A stretch of DNA of 60,907 nt, counting the filler, from Sphacelaria rigidula (taxonomy: Eukaryota), in assembly GCA_964200075.2 (NCBI GenBank). It is 6 parts of 6 records of this genome, joined end to end, with 100 filler letters (N's around TTAATTAATTAA, not from the genome) between each part and the next. Parts side by side here need not be neighbours in the genome. Positions count along the whole stretch, not along the records: positions 1 to 10,069 come from CAXNAA020007211.1; positions 10,170 to 20,238 come from CAXNAA020007212.1; 4 more parts are not named here. One strand, 5' to 3'. Below, piece after piece: positions 1-13,866 of this stretch. How positions within the stretch are numbered: position 1 is the first letter of the stretch; the number at the start of each line of letters is the position of its first letter. Position numbers and translations under genes: made by a program. A model generated the notes under the pieces. The model was not told the DNA's origin, did not search any database, and saw nothing but the letters and a program-made list of their open reading frames with translations.

Positions 1-37
1 ATAGCCCTCTTGTCCAGATCGTCTGGCAGAGGCTATA

Positions 38-595
38 GACCGTTCCAGAGCACCTTCGCGTTTTCTGTAGGTCACAGTTTCGTTCTTGGCCAGACACTTT
101 CTATGATAGCCCCCCCCCCCACAAGTGCATGATTTTGGGAGGAAAAATCTTCACGTCAATCAAAATGGGAAAAGCCGAACACAACTAGAAGCTGGGAATT
201 CCCACGCTTGGGTTCGTCTAGCCAATGTCGCCAATATGAGGCGCTTCACGCAGCCTGAACCGGAACATCAGGCGCTATATGTCCATTTTTTTCGTACACT
301 TTTAGCTGGTTTGGGCAGGGGGCTATCGTAGAAAGTGTCGCCAAAAATGCATTTTCAATAGCAAACGGTCGAGTTATTAAAAACATGGCAGTTTTCCCCC
401 TGTTTTTCGATAACTTGACCGTTTGTTATTGAAAATGCATCTTTGGCCAAGACCGAAACTATGACCTACAGAAAACGCAAAGGTGCTCTGGACCGGTCTC
501 AGCGAGTAGAGCAAGTCATTCCAAGGTGCCCACATCCGCCTGTCCCTTTTGGGGGGACAAGAACGACGGAGAAGGGCCAAAAAAGCACTTTTCAA
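38..595. mobile_element. foldback/palindromic MITE (left arm truncated), interrupted by a second MITE
   Basis: 38-92 is the reverse complement of about 443-497; 344-390 pairs with about 400-445; homologous uninterrupted copy at 15355-15752. Confidence 0.8.
93..339. mobile_element. 247-bp MITE with 22-bp TIRs and 4-bp TSD
   Basis: GACACTTTCTATGATAGCCCCC ... GGGGGCTATCGTAGAAAGTGTC, flanked by GCCA on both sides; related copies near 24805-24970, 38320-38420, 52979-53120. Confidence 0.85.
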
Positions 596-3500
596 CAACT
601 TTTACTTCACGATACATAAGAAGTAGCCTTACTAGCATAAAAAAAGACCTTACTAGCATTACAAGTAGAAGCCTATTTGTAAGATAGGAGTCACGTGCCG
701 CTTCGTGCCCTTCGACCGCATGTTTTCGATCGCAAATTATTGCTTTATACGTCGTTACATTCTTTTCGGCGCGCCGCTAATTACAATTTTGAGTTGAAGC
801 CTTCAAGGAACATGAATGCGGTGGGCGCATGAGATCGGCAAAAAAATATTCGACCGCAATTTTTTGATCGAAAAACAAAGTGCGAAGACACGTCCTCAGA
901 GCCCCAAAGAGTCGATGGACCAAAGGTACTTGGCCCTAAAGAGGCAGCAGAGCTAGGAAAGGTGCACCGAAGGCCTTCTGCAGATGGCCTTCTGCAATTC
1001 TGCGGTTCTATTCTGACCGACCGGATAAACCCTTCGTTTCTGACTAGCCGGGTAGACGTTTCACTACATCGCACTCCCTGAATTCAACCACCCTGGGACT
1101 GATTCGGCTACGTAGCTCTCTTTCATCGTCCAACTCTCCCAAATGCCAACTAACCTTCACTAGGTGAAGCTGGCGGAAGCGCGCGACTTCGTCACGTCAG
1201 ACGGCGGTTTACCCGGAAGCGGTGATCAAATAGGCGACACGGCGAGCGTGTTCGAAGCCATATACCAAAGACGCAAGCCTCACGTGCCAGCGAACTGGCC
1301 GGACACGCGCCAGCAACCTCCAACTGGTTTTGCTTACGCGTGAATCTGTAGGAATCTCGTGGAGGCGCCACGTTACTTGCTCCGTAGACGACCACAGCCT
1401 GCGGACGATAATGCCCGAGCAATCTGCGGCTTTGCGTGACCCAGCTATCTTCATTGTTCCTCACGGAAATAGAATTCTGCAGGCCGCCTAGTTGATTTAT
1501 TTTTGGGGGGTACTTGTCTTGACGTTTCTTACCCCGGGGCAGGAGTTTGTCCTTCATGCGGGATCATCCCATGGGACATGTGTTTTAGGGATTTCCTGCC
1601 ATTCTCGGCTATCAACGCCCCTGGCCGCCTACGTATTTCGTCGAGTGCTGCTGCCGTCGACGCAGTCATTGGCATTCCCCCCGACGCGTCCGAGACTCTC
1701 TCTTTAGGTGTAGAGTACTCCCTGGTCTCGGTTGTGTACCTCATCTGGGTGGGTGCACTACGTCACGCAGTTCCGTTTGCAGGGGAAATGGCTCAAGTAC
1801 GATTGCACTACTGGGGGTGACACTTAGCGCGTCTGCCTCGTTCGATGCCCACTGGCATTCCGGGACGCACGTGTTGTACGTGTACGTCAAGACGGATCTA
1901 CTAGTAGCGGCCAGGGATAGATCGGGAGAACCTGGCGGGAACTTGCCGAGCGATGACTCCGGTCTCAACTCCGCCTTCCTGCGCGCCCTTGCGCACGTGG
2001 AAGGACGTCACACGAACTAGAACGATAATGTCTGGAATTTGCGTGGTGCGATGCGCGAAAGAATTGACATCGTCAATCTATGGCCCTTACTTTCTTGCCG
2101 TCCCTTCTTCTGCTTGTATGCCGTTCTTGCTTTTCTTCATTGAGGGCGTCTGTCTCTTCTGTTCCTTTTCCATTTCATTCCAATGTAAGAAAGGATGGGA
2201 AAACTGGAAGTGCGATACGAAGCAGAGCAATCTATTGTAAAATCCATCCCCAATTTGTAGGTTCCCGTGTCTTTTATAATCTGGGAGCACACTGTGATGT
2301 CACCTCGCCCCTGTGGTCGAACTGATGGACCTTGTAAACCTGTTGACGCGGAGTCGACGACTCAAACCTGTCTCACCCTGCGGATGACTGGAAAAGTAAA
2401 AATCACGACAATAGTCACCACAATGGATGATTGTCTGTCAGTAACCTCAAAGCTAGGGCAGAGTGCGGTGATGCGCAGGCCTTCAATGGCGGAACATTCA
2501 CAACGGGAGAAGTACTGCGTGTCCAAACTCACTCAAAATCTCGGCAGATGGCTAAGGGCGCAAGAATTGCGAAAGAGCATCGGGTTTGACGGTCGTCTTC
2601 ATCTTTGCTAAGTGGGTCGAGTCTAATTTTGCCATTTTTACTGAGTTAATCGTGACGGCTGAAATTCGACTCGTTCACATTATGCCGTAATTCAAGAGGT
2701 CAACTTAACGTGTGCTCGTCACCATTTTCCCCAATGCAACTGTTTTCGTACGGCATCGTGAACCGAACGCGTGCAACAGGTTCCGGCAGTTTCTTGCGTT
2801 TGTGTATCAACTCCGTTTATGTTCGCCACCAGTACTTGACTTCGGTTGGCGTGCTTTTTCTTCTCTGTTCGCTTAGCTTGCATTGCTTTTCCTTTCCCGT
2901 CTGGCTCCTTGTTTTCCCCTTTTTTTCATTTTCTGGCCAACATACTTCATCGTATCCGTTTCTAATTGCCGTTCGTGGTTTATCGAGTGCTCCTTTAGCA
3001 AGCGTTCCCAGTTTGTTCACGTTCACCTTGGGTGTGGGTATCCCATGATCACGACTGGAGGGTTCGGAAACCATTCCACGACGACCAAATAGTCGAAAAA
3101 CCGTGACACTCCACCCAGGTTCGTCCCCATTATTGGATTCACTGGTATGTCTGAAGTCATGTCAGTCACTATTCTTCAGAGCTAGTCGCACGTCTCAAAT
3201 CAGCTTCGACGCGGTGTTCCGGAGATATTCGTATGGTTTGTGTCATCTTGTGCGGCTTTTCCGCATTTGTCTTGATGCCTCGAGCTTTAAATATCAAGGG
3301 TTGCTAGGCTCAATGAGGACGACATAAAGCCGAACGATCGCTCCTTCTTTCTCATCAGCGGTGGTCATCCCAGCAGTCATCAAGGTCATCTCGAGTGAAT
3401 CGAGTTGATTAGGTGCCACTTGCGAGCTTGATTACTCCTCGTACCTTGCAGAAGCAACAGTGTGGGACATAGCATTTTCAATTCGCTACCACGCTGAAAT

Positions 3501-6188
3501 TCGTCTGAGAACGTAGATAAATTTCTTTTTTGTAGGTTATTGTTCGCCGCAAGCTTGAACTAATCTTTGGGTCTCGGCTAGCTCGTTTCTGATTCCGCTC
3601 CCATGACTTCCGTCTTGTCGTCTCATGGGTGGTAGAGCCACGAAGAATTTGGATCAGAGGAAGTTCAAGGTGCGGAAGGTTTAAAGGAATTGCTGTACGA
3701 GAGCTCCAGCCGATGAAGAACAAATGTATTTCGGAGAGACGAAGGCTTCGCAGAAGAGAGAGGACGCTTAATTCCTGACTTTCGTACCGTGGTTAGTAAT
3801 ATTAAATGCACCACCCCCGAAATTCCATAATATTCTGAACGGGGAGGGGGGCGCGAATCATTCCCGAGGGCCGGTTTCTCTCTCTTTCACTCCCTTAGTC
3901 TTGTGTGTGTGTCAACGGCGCGACTAACAAGTACCAGATCGTCACGTGGTCGTAGTCAGCGCTTCTAAACGGATGTTCCTGCAACGTGCGGATCGTAAAT
4001 GCATTTCTACACCCCTCTCGAAAGAAAAAAAACAGCCAGGCTTCAGCGCACACGTTGCCTAGCGCGGAGGGTACTGATTTCTTTTTTCGTTTTTCGTGGG
4101 GGTCAGCTTGAAAGAGACTCGGGGCGGAGGCAGAGTAGACGTGGACATGATATAAAATAAAAACCTTCAACCTACATGCCTATCCGGCGACTAGTTTCGC
4201 TCGCCGGACCATGTGGTTGTCTAGCCAGAAACGTTCAGGATTGAGAGAAAACAAGCGATTTGATCATTGCAAAGGCCTCAACATGGGGCTAAAACCAACC
4301 GAAACGTAGCCCAAGATGCTGTCACACATGTCCCAATCGTTGAAACGTAGGGTCCCCCCGACACTTGATTCGACATCGCCGTGATGAATGGAGTCCAAAT
4401 TATCCAAGAATTCCCGGAATTGCTCGTGATGACTAGACGCAGAAACATGCCCTGTTCGTCGCATTCGTCGTGGCAACTCGAGTCGGGTTTGTTCAAGTTC
4501 CCAAGCTCCGAAAAGAGATTGGGTCTGTGTCAGCGGAAATTCCCAAGCTCTGATAAGGGACTCGGCCTCTGTCAGCGAAAATGCAAAAAAGTGTGTCGTT
4601 TTGTTGATGAGGGTCACCCCTTAATCAATTGACTCTCAATACCTGATCTCCGCTCACAGTGCAAACAATCGCCGATCACCGAGATCAAGCTTTCCATTGA
4701 GGATGAGAACCCGGAGGATTCAAATCTTCGTATCCACACGAAATCTTCGAAATATGGCTTTATTTCTTCACCTACTGGTGGCTATTGACAACTGCTACAT
4801 GCCCTACAAATTTGGACTTTGATAACCCAAATGTGAAACAACTTCGGGGAATTTTGGTGATCCGATCGGATTGTCGAAATACCCCCCTAAAATTGTTTTT
4901 TTCACCTCGGATCCCATCATTTCGGTTATCGAAATCCAAAATTCGTAGGGCGCGTAGCAGTTGTCAAACATTATCAGTAGATGAGGGAGTGGGACCAGGT
5001 TTTGAAGATTTTGTGAGGATACGAAGATTTCAACCCTCCCGGTTCTCATCCTTCATGAAAAGCTCCATCCTCAATTTCGATGATCGGCTGTTAAACTTCG
5101 CGCCACTTCATGCATCTCTGTTCATGCGACATGATTTCGTGGGCTTTTCTATGTTATCCTAGCGGCTATCGTCTTCTGCGGCATGAACAGAATCAATGTC
5201 GTGTCTTTAGACGACAGGCGAAAGGTAAAATGCCGACCCTGCCTCACGTCCTCAAGTAAGTACGATCCTGTTTCCGTTACTTCTGCACCGATCTCAGCTC
5301 ACAGTGCAAACCCCCCTCCGCTCTATGCATCTCTATGTAGACAAGCTGATTTCGGGAGCTCTGCTTCGTTTCTTTGTAGTTATCATCTCCTGCGGCATAC
5401 GAAGGCCGGTGTTGCGCTTTCAGGCGATACAGCAAAGGTCGAGCATGTCGCATACCCTAAATTGAGTACGATATTCCTGGCAAAGTTCAATCCTGTGTGG
5501 AACTCAGAGTGTAGATGTACTAAACTCATATCGAACTCTACTTTGTCTGGCTTACTCACAAATGATAGTTTGACACTTCATCACCCTCTTACTCGAGCGT
5601 GGGGTTTCCTCTGATCAAGCCTCGAGTGACAGCATCCCACCTCACTCTTCAGAGACATCATGTTTCATCGCTTGATACACGCCTCAGGGATATTTTCAAT
5701 GCGCCGTCACGCTGACGACTACCTGTTATTTGGTGAACTTCCCAGTTTCGGATCCGTCTCTATCTGTGAACACAACATCACAACGCACTCCTGGGATTAC
5801 ATTGAAAAAAACACAACCATTTTGACACCATGCGGGGATTGGGGTCTAGCCTTCCTTCTTCAGACCACTGATCAGCAGTCCCTGTGCGCACCAGGCCAAG
5901 TCCCATCAGCTCCCCCAACCGTGTGTCCATTGCTTATTTCGTTTCCTCATTCGAGGTAAGTCGCGCATTTCCATGTCCCTCGATAACCTCAACCTAAACA
6001 TGTGCGGGCTCCCTTAGGCATCAAACACGCCTTCGACTTGCAGACATTTTCTTGCCAACAATCCGTTCACCCAGAATATGTTACCTCAAACAGGGGTCGA
6101 ACCTAGCTCCCAACCCAGACTCGGGCGAGCCCTCATAACAACCGAACATGTCGAAGGATTTGCACTTGCGATAGCGGTAAGCTGCAGC

Positions 6189-6979
6189 TTAAACGTGATT
6201 AGCAGGCAACCTCCCCCTATTTCTCCGTCTCTGCCTCCAACGTTTCTGCCCTCGGAAAACTACCGCAGTTGACTGTAACGAGACGCAATACTGCGTATCA
6301 ACTCTCCACGAGTGATAGTACCGTCGTAACCCATCATGCGGGTCCCAATATCGCAATCTGTATTTGATACCACGGTCGCGATAATACAGGCGTTGATTAC
6401 TTCCTGGCTGGACGCATGGCTCGGAGACCACACCGTTGGCCTTCATGGCCTCAATGTCGGCAATTCGCTCGATTGGGTGCTCACACATGCCCAGGGATCT
6501 GCTGTTGTACTTCTTCATCAGTTGGTTTACTGCTTGGATAGTCTGAGGCTCGAACCACTTTCGCAGTTTCCTCCTGGCTGCATTCGGTCTACCTACTGTA
6601 AAAATGACGTTCTTCACGGCCTGTGTCGCGACGTTGCAGAACAGTACCGCGAAAACTTTCCGAGCATGATTGATCTCGACCATGAAAATGTTCTCGTAAG
6701 ACGCGGCATGTCGAGCGGCTCGACTGTGACATCATCATCTCTCACCAGGGCATATCTGAGCTCCCTCTTCCTGCTCAGCAGTTGTAGAATTTCCCTCGCC
6801 CATTTGCTGTAATCTTCGACAGCACCGCTGAACATCGGGTACTTCATGCGGTCTGCGCTCCATCCTGAAGTCGAAGCTTCACTATCCCTGCTACTGTGTG
6901 AGTTGTCACCAGCCACCGCGGTGCCGCTTCTGCCTGCATCACCCGCACCAGCACTCACAGTTACAGCGCCATATGTCAT
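6189..6979 (-). mobile_element. degenerate Ty1/copia gag (frameshifted)
   Basis: ORF 6614-6979 (KYPMFSGAVEDYSKWAREIL) shifts into ORF 6189-6683 (PNAARRKLRKWFEPQTIQAVNQLMKKYNS...HPIERIADIE), a UBN2/copia gag-like pattern. Confidence 0.65.
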
Positions 6980-8879
6980 CCTAGTATATCCACTGTTAAC
7001 ATGATCTGCCGGCGGGGATTCCTGTCCTCTTTCAGCCGTCAGTTTCTCGAGAAGCCAGGTGATCGTGTCTATTAGATATTTTTGTTATCAACAGCTCGGT
7101 CTTATTGGCAACATCGTTGAGCCCATCGCTATTTTCACCAACTTGATTTTCCAGCGACACATTCGTTTTTTCCTCCTCGGCCATGTTGCACATTCCGTAA
7201 CACGACAACCAATGGACGCTAGTGTGTCAAGACATTTTGCCTAGTAGTGTAACGTAGGTCGCAGGTTGTAGGTGATGCATCAATGTCGGCATGGCGCACG
7301 AAGCATGGCTTGCGGATCAAGCCCGGCCATGAACAGTTGAGCGGTAGAAAAGACATATAGTACGAGGAGTTAATGAAAATGCATGTCTACCTAAACAATA
7401 AATCATGTAATACTTTGTTTTCTGCATCCATGCACAGAACACTCTTAAGATCCACTTATACTTGACGAATACAACGACAGTGGCTATACTTCAGCGTCTT
7501 GAATTCATTTATCGGACTATCAACACCCATATGCACTGCAGAACGCGTTGTTGAAAAACAGGGCGATGTTTCCGTCACCGCTACTGTTTTCTCTCATACA
7601 CATGCCAGCAAGGACGGTGCTGCGGCAATAACATATCCAATTTAAACTTGGGCGGTGTTATTTATCGTTGGTTTAACCCGTCTTGTGCACTCGTACCTGG
7701 GCGTGCGCGACGACGAGGGCGTGCCGTACGCCAGTTGGGGGGGTGTATCAGAGATCAAGCACTTGTGGAGACCTTCTCGTCATGCGGAATGAAAACCGAT
7801 ACCTATGGTGGTGACCTAACCGTTGCTAGCGTGGTGCAGAGGGGTACGTCCATGCTACAATGTTGCGCACCTACCCGGCCGCTGCGTGTGTCGCGGTAGC
7901 TTTCGACAACTCTCAAGTGAGTAAGTCATTCATTACAAGCTGAGGAGAGATATGTTGTACAAGGAATAAGAGTGCTCTGTGATCAACCAAATGTCGTTGC
8001 ATTTGAGACCCACGCCATCAACCGCCGACCGCGAAGGTCTTGTGGCTTCAAACCAACGCTTGCGGCAGTACGCCAGACAACCCGGTCAAAGCTAGCTTTC
8101 GTCGTTCTAATGTCTGTACTGACTGTCGCGGCGTCTGTACAATCACCTCGTAACAGCACCGAAATCGACAAGGGTTGTAAAAATGAAAAATTCCATTTTT
8201 CAATTCATCCTACACACTTTAAGATACTCTCAAGAGCTGCGGGAAAGTGGCCGCTTTGACTTTGGTCAAACGTGCGAAGGTATACTGTCGAACAGCAAAA
8301 CCAAGCTATGCAGGGATTGGCGAAAATCAATCAGTATAGAACCGAAGTGGAATGAACAACTTGACGTTCTGAACGTAAACCTAAGCGTTCGAAACTATTT
8401 GCATGTGGGAAAACGCGGGTTTCCATCACGAAAGCTCTCTGTGACCCCGTCAATGTTACATGAACTGGCAAACACTCTGTCGTCGTGCCATGTGGACGTA
8501 GTTGAGAAACTCGGCTTGTTTTATTTTCACATCACGGCGCTTCGCGCTTGGTGATTGAGTGCGATCTTGGTCCGGCGAAATCCCGGCGTGCTCCGTCCCG
8601 GTTGTGTCGTGGTGCNNNNNNNNNNGGTTAATGTTCTTATGGGTACAGCGGGCATGGTGATGATTACACCCCCCCCCCCCCCCCCCTTCCCTCCCTTCCT
8701 CTGTAGCAGCATCACTAGATAATATTAACGACAATAGTAATACTGGCAACAACAACAACAACAATGATGACGACGGCGACGAGAATCGCGCGGTAGCTGT
8801 ATACACGAACTGTGCGGAACAAAATACACGGCCCTTGGATCTCACCAGCGCACACGTGAGAGACGTGAGCACCGTGTAC

Positions 8880-9978
8880 AACTGTACTGTACTTAAGGAG
8901 AGTGCCAGACAATTCAACAAACGGTTAGTGTCGAGACTGGAAAAAATTGGTTTCGAACAGTGCCTGTCGGATCCATGCCTATTGCGATTGCTAGTGGATG
9001 GTAAGTTGGTAGGAGCAGTCGTTCTGCATGTAGATGATATCATTTTTGGAGGGGCAAGTAATGTGGGTAAGATGGTAGTGGAAGCACTAAATGACACACC
9101 GCCAACTAAGCATCTAGGCGATCTCACATGGTACATGGGAGTGGAGAACAAGCGTGACAAGGAGAACAGGGTTATTGAGTTATCACAGACAAGTTACATT
9201 AGAAGCGTACTTGAACGTTTTGATATTTGTCACTCCAGCTCTCTTCCCGCCTCTACTTCTATGAATCTCAGGTCCGTGAATGGCGAAAAAGGTGTCAAGG
9301 ATGTGCCGTTTCGCGAAATGGTGGGTTGTTTGATGTGGATTGCCAAGCGAACCAGACCTGATATCTCCAACGCAGTGAGAGCCGTGGCGCGACACTCGCA
9401 CGACCCGAAGGAAACCCAGTGGAAGGCGGTACAAAAGAGTTTCGAGTACCTGCATTCAACGGCGGACCTAGGGCTGACATATCGTGTAGGACCTGGCGTA
9501 GACAAAAAAAACAACAGTGTATGTGGATGCGGACTACGGGAAAGATGACGAGGTGAGGAGATCGGTATCGGGTGGTGCAGTTTTGTGTGGTAGATCACCA
9601 GTGGCATGGTACTCCAGGACGCAAAGAAGCGTTACACTTTCGACCACGGAAGCAGAGTATGTGGCTATGGGGGATGGTGTCGAAGAAGCTTTGTTTATTG
9701 ACGGCATTGTGGATTTTCTTTTCGTTGACTGGAAAGCAAGGACTATGAGGGTGTTGGAGGATAACGAGGGTGCGATTGCTCTAGCTGAAAATGCAATAAG
9801 CTCGTCGAACAGCAAGCGTATAGATATTCGTCATTATTTTCTGGGGGAGTTAGTGGACAAAAAGAGGATAACGTTGGAACACGTACGGAGTAACGACCAA
9901 CACGCTGATATTCTGACCAAAATGGTAACCTCGCGGAGCTTTCGTCCACCATTGAACGTTTTGTTGGGTATTGAGTGA
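8880..9978 (+). mobile_element. 5'-truncated Ty1/copia pol fragment: reverse transcriptase + RNase H, frameshifted
   Basis: LKESARQFN, GFEQCLSDPCL, LHVDDII, RTRPDISNAV; then YVDADY, RRSVSGG, LSTTEAEYVA, EDNEGAI, SKRIDIRHYF, QHADILTK; frameshift at the A-run near 9503-9512. Confidence 0.96.
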
Positions 9979-10069
9979 ACATACAGTGAATCCTAGAAAA
10001 AGAAGTTGATACAAAATATGGGGCTGAAGTGGCATTTTTCTTTTGCAGGGGAGACGCGAAACACTAGCG

Positions 10070-10169
10070 NNNNNNNNNNNNNNNNNNNNNNNNNNNNNNN
10101 NNNNNNNNNNNNNTTAATTAATTAANNNNNNNNNNNNNNNNNNNNNNNNNNNNNNNNNNNNNNNNNNNN
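10070..10169. other. artificial contig-joining spacer
   Basis: 44 N + TTAATTAATTAA (stops in all six frames) + 44 N. Confidence 0.97.
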
Positions 10170-11021
10170 CTTAAATTCATCCTGAACGGGGAAAATCTCG
10201 TCCCTGGGGCAAAGGCAGGGGACCCACCCCTCCCGAGGACCCCCCCCCCCCCCCCCCCCCCGGCGAGCAAATTTTTTATCACGAAAGGGTATTCTCTTCT
10301 CTCTCAATGTCGCTGTGCGAAAACGGCGCACGAGCCGGTCGATAACTAATCGAACACGAAGAATCGGAGGAGATGACAAATATACTTGAGGAAACGTTGA
10401 ATGTTGAAGCACTTCACGTGTCACACGCGTCGAACAGCCACACAAGCAGCAACAAATCGGTAGCGAAACACCGTGAAAAATGGAACGGACCTGTAGCCCA
10501 TGTATACTCCCGTGAAAAAATGTCCTTATTACACAGTATGTTCTTATTTCACGAAAAAGAGCAACACTCGACAATGTTTTTGCCCATGCGATTCTTCACA
10601 AACTCTGAAAGCACTATTCATCAAAACTAGGCTGGTAAACGGCGTACACATGCTGTTCCGAATCCCCACCGACCCAGGCAGTAAATCTAGAATTCTCAAC
10701 TCAACTTTCAGAGGTGCGATTTCAGAAAGGGTATGGAGAATCACAAGGGCATGATGAAAAATGTTAGGCAAGTGTTCATGAAAACTGGATGTTGCGTTTT
10801 GGCCTGGACGTATGGAAGAATATTTTCATCAGGGTGGGGAAATTACTTCTTTAGCTATGCCCCAACGATTCTCCATGTCAGCTCTTTCTTTTGAAACTCT
10901 CACAATCGATACGGAAATCCGTCTGCAACGTACCGGCCCGCTTCTAGGCTGGCCCAGCTTGTACACGTTATGTTGTACTTTCCATGCACTACTGTACTCG
11001 GGCGGTTTTTGCTTGGCACAC

Positions 11022-11121
11022 CTGATCCACGCACAGGAGTTCCCATGCACCCTCTTGCAATCATCACGCAGACACCGCATCCCCTTTTCAAAGCTTGGGC
11101 AGTAAAGTCTAATACGTAGGC
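11022..11121 (-). CDS. alpha/beta hydrolase (ABHD1/2/3-YheT family), exon
   Basis: AG/GT-bounded; AYVLDFTAQALKRGCGVCVMIARGCMGTPVRGS follows HGLNGGSAE in phase 0, matching the family's Y-V...RGC motif. Confidence 0.85.
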
Positions 11122-11473
11122 CTGTTCACATAGACCAATCAATGGAGAACAACATGGAGAAAAATAATGCAAGCGTCGGTATCAGCAAATATAGCTGGGG
11201 CGATGTACCGCATTTAAGGGCTGTTCGCGTGAATGTCAGCGGCAGACACTCCCAAGTGAACTGTGTATTACTACCAACCACTCGGATGGTAACGCGGCCA
11301 AGAGTCTCAGGTCATATCATGCAAAGCAATGCACTTTCTACCGTAACATTTTGGCGATTCAGCACCCATTCTCCCGCAGTTGGTGAAAACTGTCCTTTGG
11401 GACGGGTTGCGCAATTGACTTCCGCCCATCCACAACGTGAAGAGCTCTAGCCTCATCCACTCAGGTACTCCAC

Positions 11474-11892
11474 CTCTGCGGAACCACCATTGAGGCCGTG
11501 CAGAACCAGGTAAAACGGCTTGGATGAATCCATTCCAGTCTCCGGCAGCGCCAGATCTAATGCCACTGCCTCCTCCAGGTTATCAAACATGGACTCTCCA
11601 CTACTTCTTGCCGCAGCATCACTGGAGCTCTCATCGTGGGCGGTAGATTTGTTACCGTTCAAAGCATCCTGCCCATCTTTACGGACGGTCTCATTCTCGC
11701 CGCTAGAGGTATCCACGCCGTTGGAAACGGGATCCAGTGGCTTGAAGGTGGGGTTATGGTCAGGGGTTCCTGCGCCGCGCGTGTGTTTGGTGTTGACTGC
11801 AACCCACCTTCGGGCATATTCTACCTGAGGTAACTTGAACGCAAGGAAGGGGAATATCGTGGCCATGTCTCCGCCCAGGATCCAAGGTGTGC
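11474..11892 (-). CDS. alpha/beta hydrolase (ABHD1/2/3-YheT family), exon
   Basis: AG/GT-bounded; TPWILGGDMATIFP, VEYARRW, AVALD, PFYLVLHGLNGGSAE. Confidence 0.88.
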
Positions 11893-12159
11893 CTGTCATG
11901 CGTGTATTTGCCAGAGTAGAAAAATTGCGGGGAGGCCATGCACTCAGCTGATGAATCCATCTGTCCTGGGCTTGAATCCCCCCGTGATGACGTGTGTATT
12001 TCGTGAAGGCAGCTATGGCACCACCGATTGCGCTACAACTCAGGTCTAGCCTAGATATCGTTTTTATGACCATCAACTTGTCGTTGAGCAATAGCTGTAT
12101 TTTGCACAACAGGCATGTGCCACAGGGCACAAAGGATTGAAAAAAGTAAAGCTTAGGAC

Positions 12160-13250
12160 GGGGAGAGTACGGGTACGAGTGATTTGAGGTGTCAATAATC
12201 CAGATACTCGGAAATACTCAGTATTCTTGGCAGGAGAAACTGCGGGTACTCTCAATTGACTTGATTGATTGACTGTCGCACATTGGCTAATACCTCAGGG
12301 ATTCAGCCGTGGTCACAAGGTAGACATGTCGGGGTAAGCAAAATGGGGAGACTCGCCAATAGAAACTCGACAAAGGGAGAAGACAATATACAAATGAAAG
12401 CACAAACGTCCTTAATTGGGCATAAACGAGAGCCAAACGAACAGGAGGGGGGAGATTAATACTCAGTGTTTTGGCAGGCAAAACTCAAGGTTCCCAGCAA
12501 TACCCAGTAAATTCGGCTGACTATACTTCAGGTACTCTGGAATACTCAATATGCTCGGCAATCGATTCTCCAGGTACTCTGTCTGGAATACTGCGTGATG
12601 AAAATGCGCTATAAATTCAGAGTACGGGAAAATCGCACTCTGTCGCATGCATCATTGACTGAATGAGTACTGGGTACCCAGGAGTGCCTCGCGTTGTGCA
12701 CTGTACTGGACACCTACTGCCATCTGCACGAGTTTGCATGCCATGATATCGCCGCATGCCACTCTAATATACTACTGTGCTGTTGGTTCATTGATGAAAT
12801 ACTTGGGGTGAGCCTAAGGTTCGGAGTGGGTTCTACCGTTCGTTGCTTGAACCGAAAGCAAGAATCGCGCTGTAGATCGAACCGCACGCGGTGTCACTAA
12901 CGTCGCCCATCTTGATGTCCCAGTACATTTGCGGTATGTCCTCTGTACTTAGGTATACCTGCTAGTCTCAGTTTCGGCGGATGACTACCCCGTAGAACTT
13001 CGGAGTACCCAATTTTTCCGGCAGATGGTACTCCAGGTACGCTGGAACACTAAGTATTTTCGACAAGCGATATGGTGGGTAGTCTACGCCAGACGATACT
13101 CAAGGTACTCTGGAACACTCAGTATTTTTGGCAGGTGATATTCCACATACTTCAGGACACTCAGACCTTCAATAGTCGATACTCTGGATACTGTCGAGTG
13201 CTGAGTACTGAAATACCATGGAAACCCAGGGTACCTGTAGTATCGTACTC
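12160..13250. repeat. degenerate intronic repeat rich in GGTACTC/AATACTC/GAGTAC motifs
   Basis: recurring CAGGTACTCTGGAATACTCA-like units at about 12200, 12530, 12570, 13030, 13100, 13150. Confidence 0.6.
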
Positions 13251-13675
13251 TATCCTCTACACATTTGCAAGGATTCAGTCAACTATCCAAGTGCACGACT
13301 CAGACAGTTCAATGCACATTCATCGCCATGTAGGGTGGCCAATTTGCACAAGTGAGTCGGCGTGGTTGCTCGTTTGGGGACCGATATTAGCCGAAATCAA
13401 ACATAAAATCAGCCTCTATATTCAGAGCCGCGGTCCCACGATGGAAAATACCCGGGCAACCGCCGATAAACAGCATCACTACTCTGTTGGGAGGAACGTG
13501 GAAAGTCGCTACCGTGACAAGCCACGCAGGTGGTCCTCTCTCCCGCCACAGTAAGTATATCATCATCACAAAACTCTGGATGGGAAGAAGCCCGAGTAAC
13601 GGCATACTAGTAAGGCAAACGAACAGCATGTCTTCGAGAAGAGTATTGCAGGAGAGAATAGCAGAAATTGCTTAC

Positions 13676-13866
13676 TTTTATAGTGGGGATACTGCAGCGC
13701 CGGAACCATCGAAATGATGGCCTTGCTTCTGGGGGACCGTCGGCAGTGCAATCCTGGTGGAAGAACTTGGTGGTGCCTCAGGAAGGCCGCCCCGAACGTT
13801 GGTTCGCAAAGGCATAGGTAGGCCAAGAGACAGACGCCGAGTGCGACGCAGACGTCTCGCCGTAGC
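13676..13866 (-). CDS. alpha/beta hydrolase (ABHD/YheT family), upstream exon
   Basis: cag|...|gtaagc; LRRDVCVALGVCLLAYLCL...MVPALQYPHYK joins in phase to give YKSTPW. Confidence 0.75.

Noticed and set aside
800-6100. Decayed coding-like sequence, possibly the rest of a retroelement
   Set aside because: Multiple stops in all frames and no diagnostic protease, integrase or RT motif found.
7750-8280. Possible small plus-strand exons (DQALVETFSSCGMK..., YSQELRESGRFDF...)
   Set aside because: Splice-like signals only; no recognisable protein or consistent chain.
8456-9160. Long antisense ORFs here and at 44781-45602, 48084-48635, 31001-31648
   Set aside because: They are shadows of real coding sequence on the opposite strand.
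6189-9978. gag and RT-RNaseH as one copia element
   Set aside because: They are on opposite strands and point away from each other; separate relics.
10114-10125. TTAATTAATTAA recurring every 10.17 kb as a biological periodic motif
   Set aside because: Always embedded in 44+44 N; it is an assembly linker.
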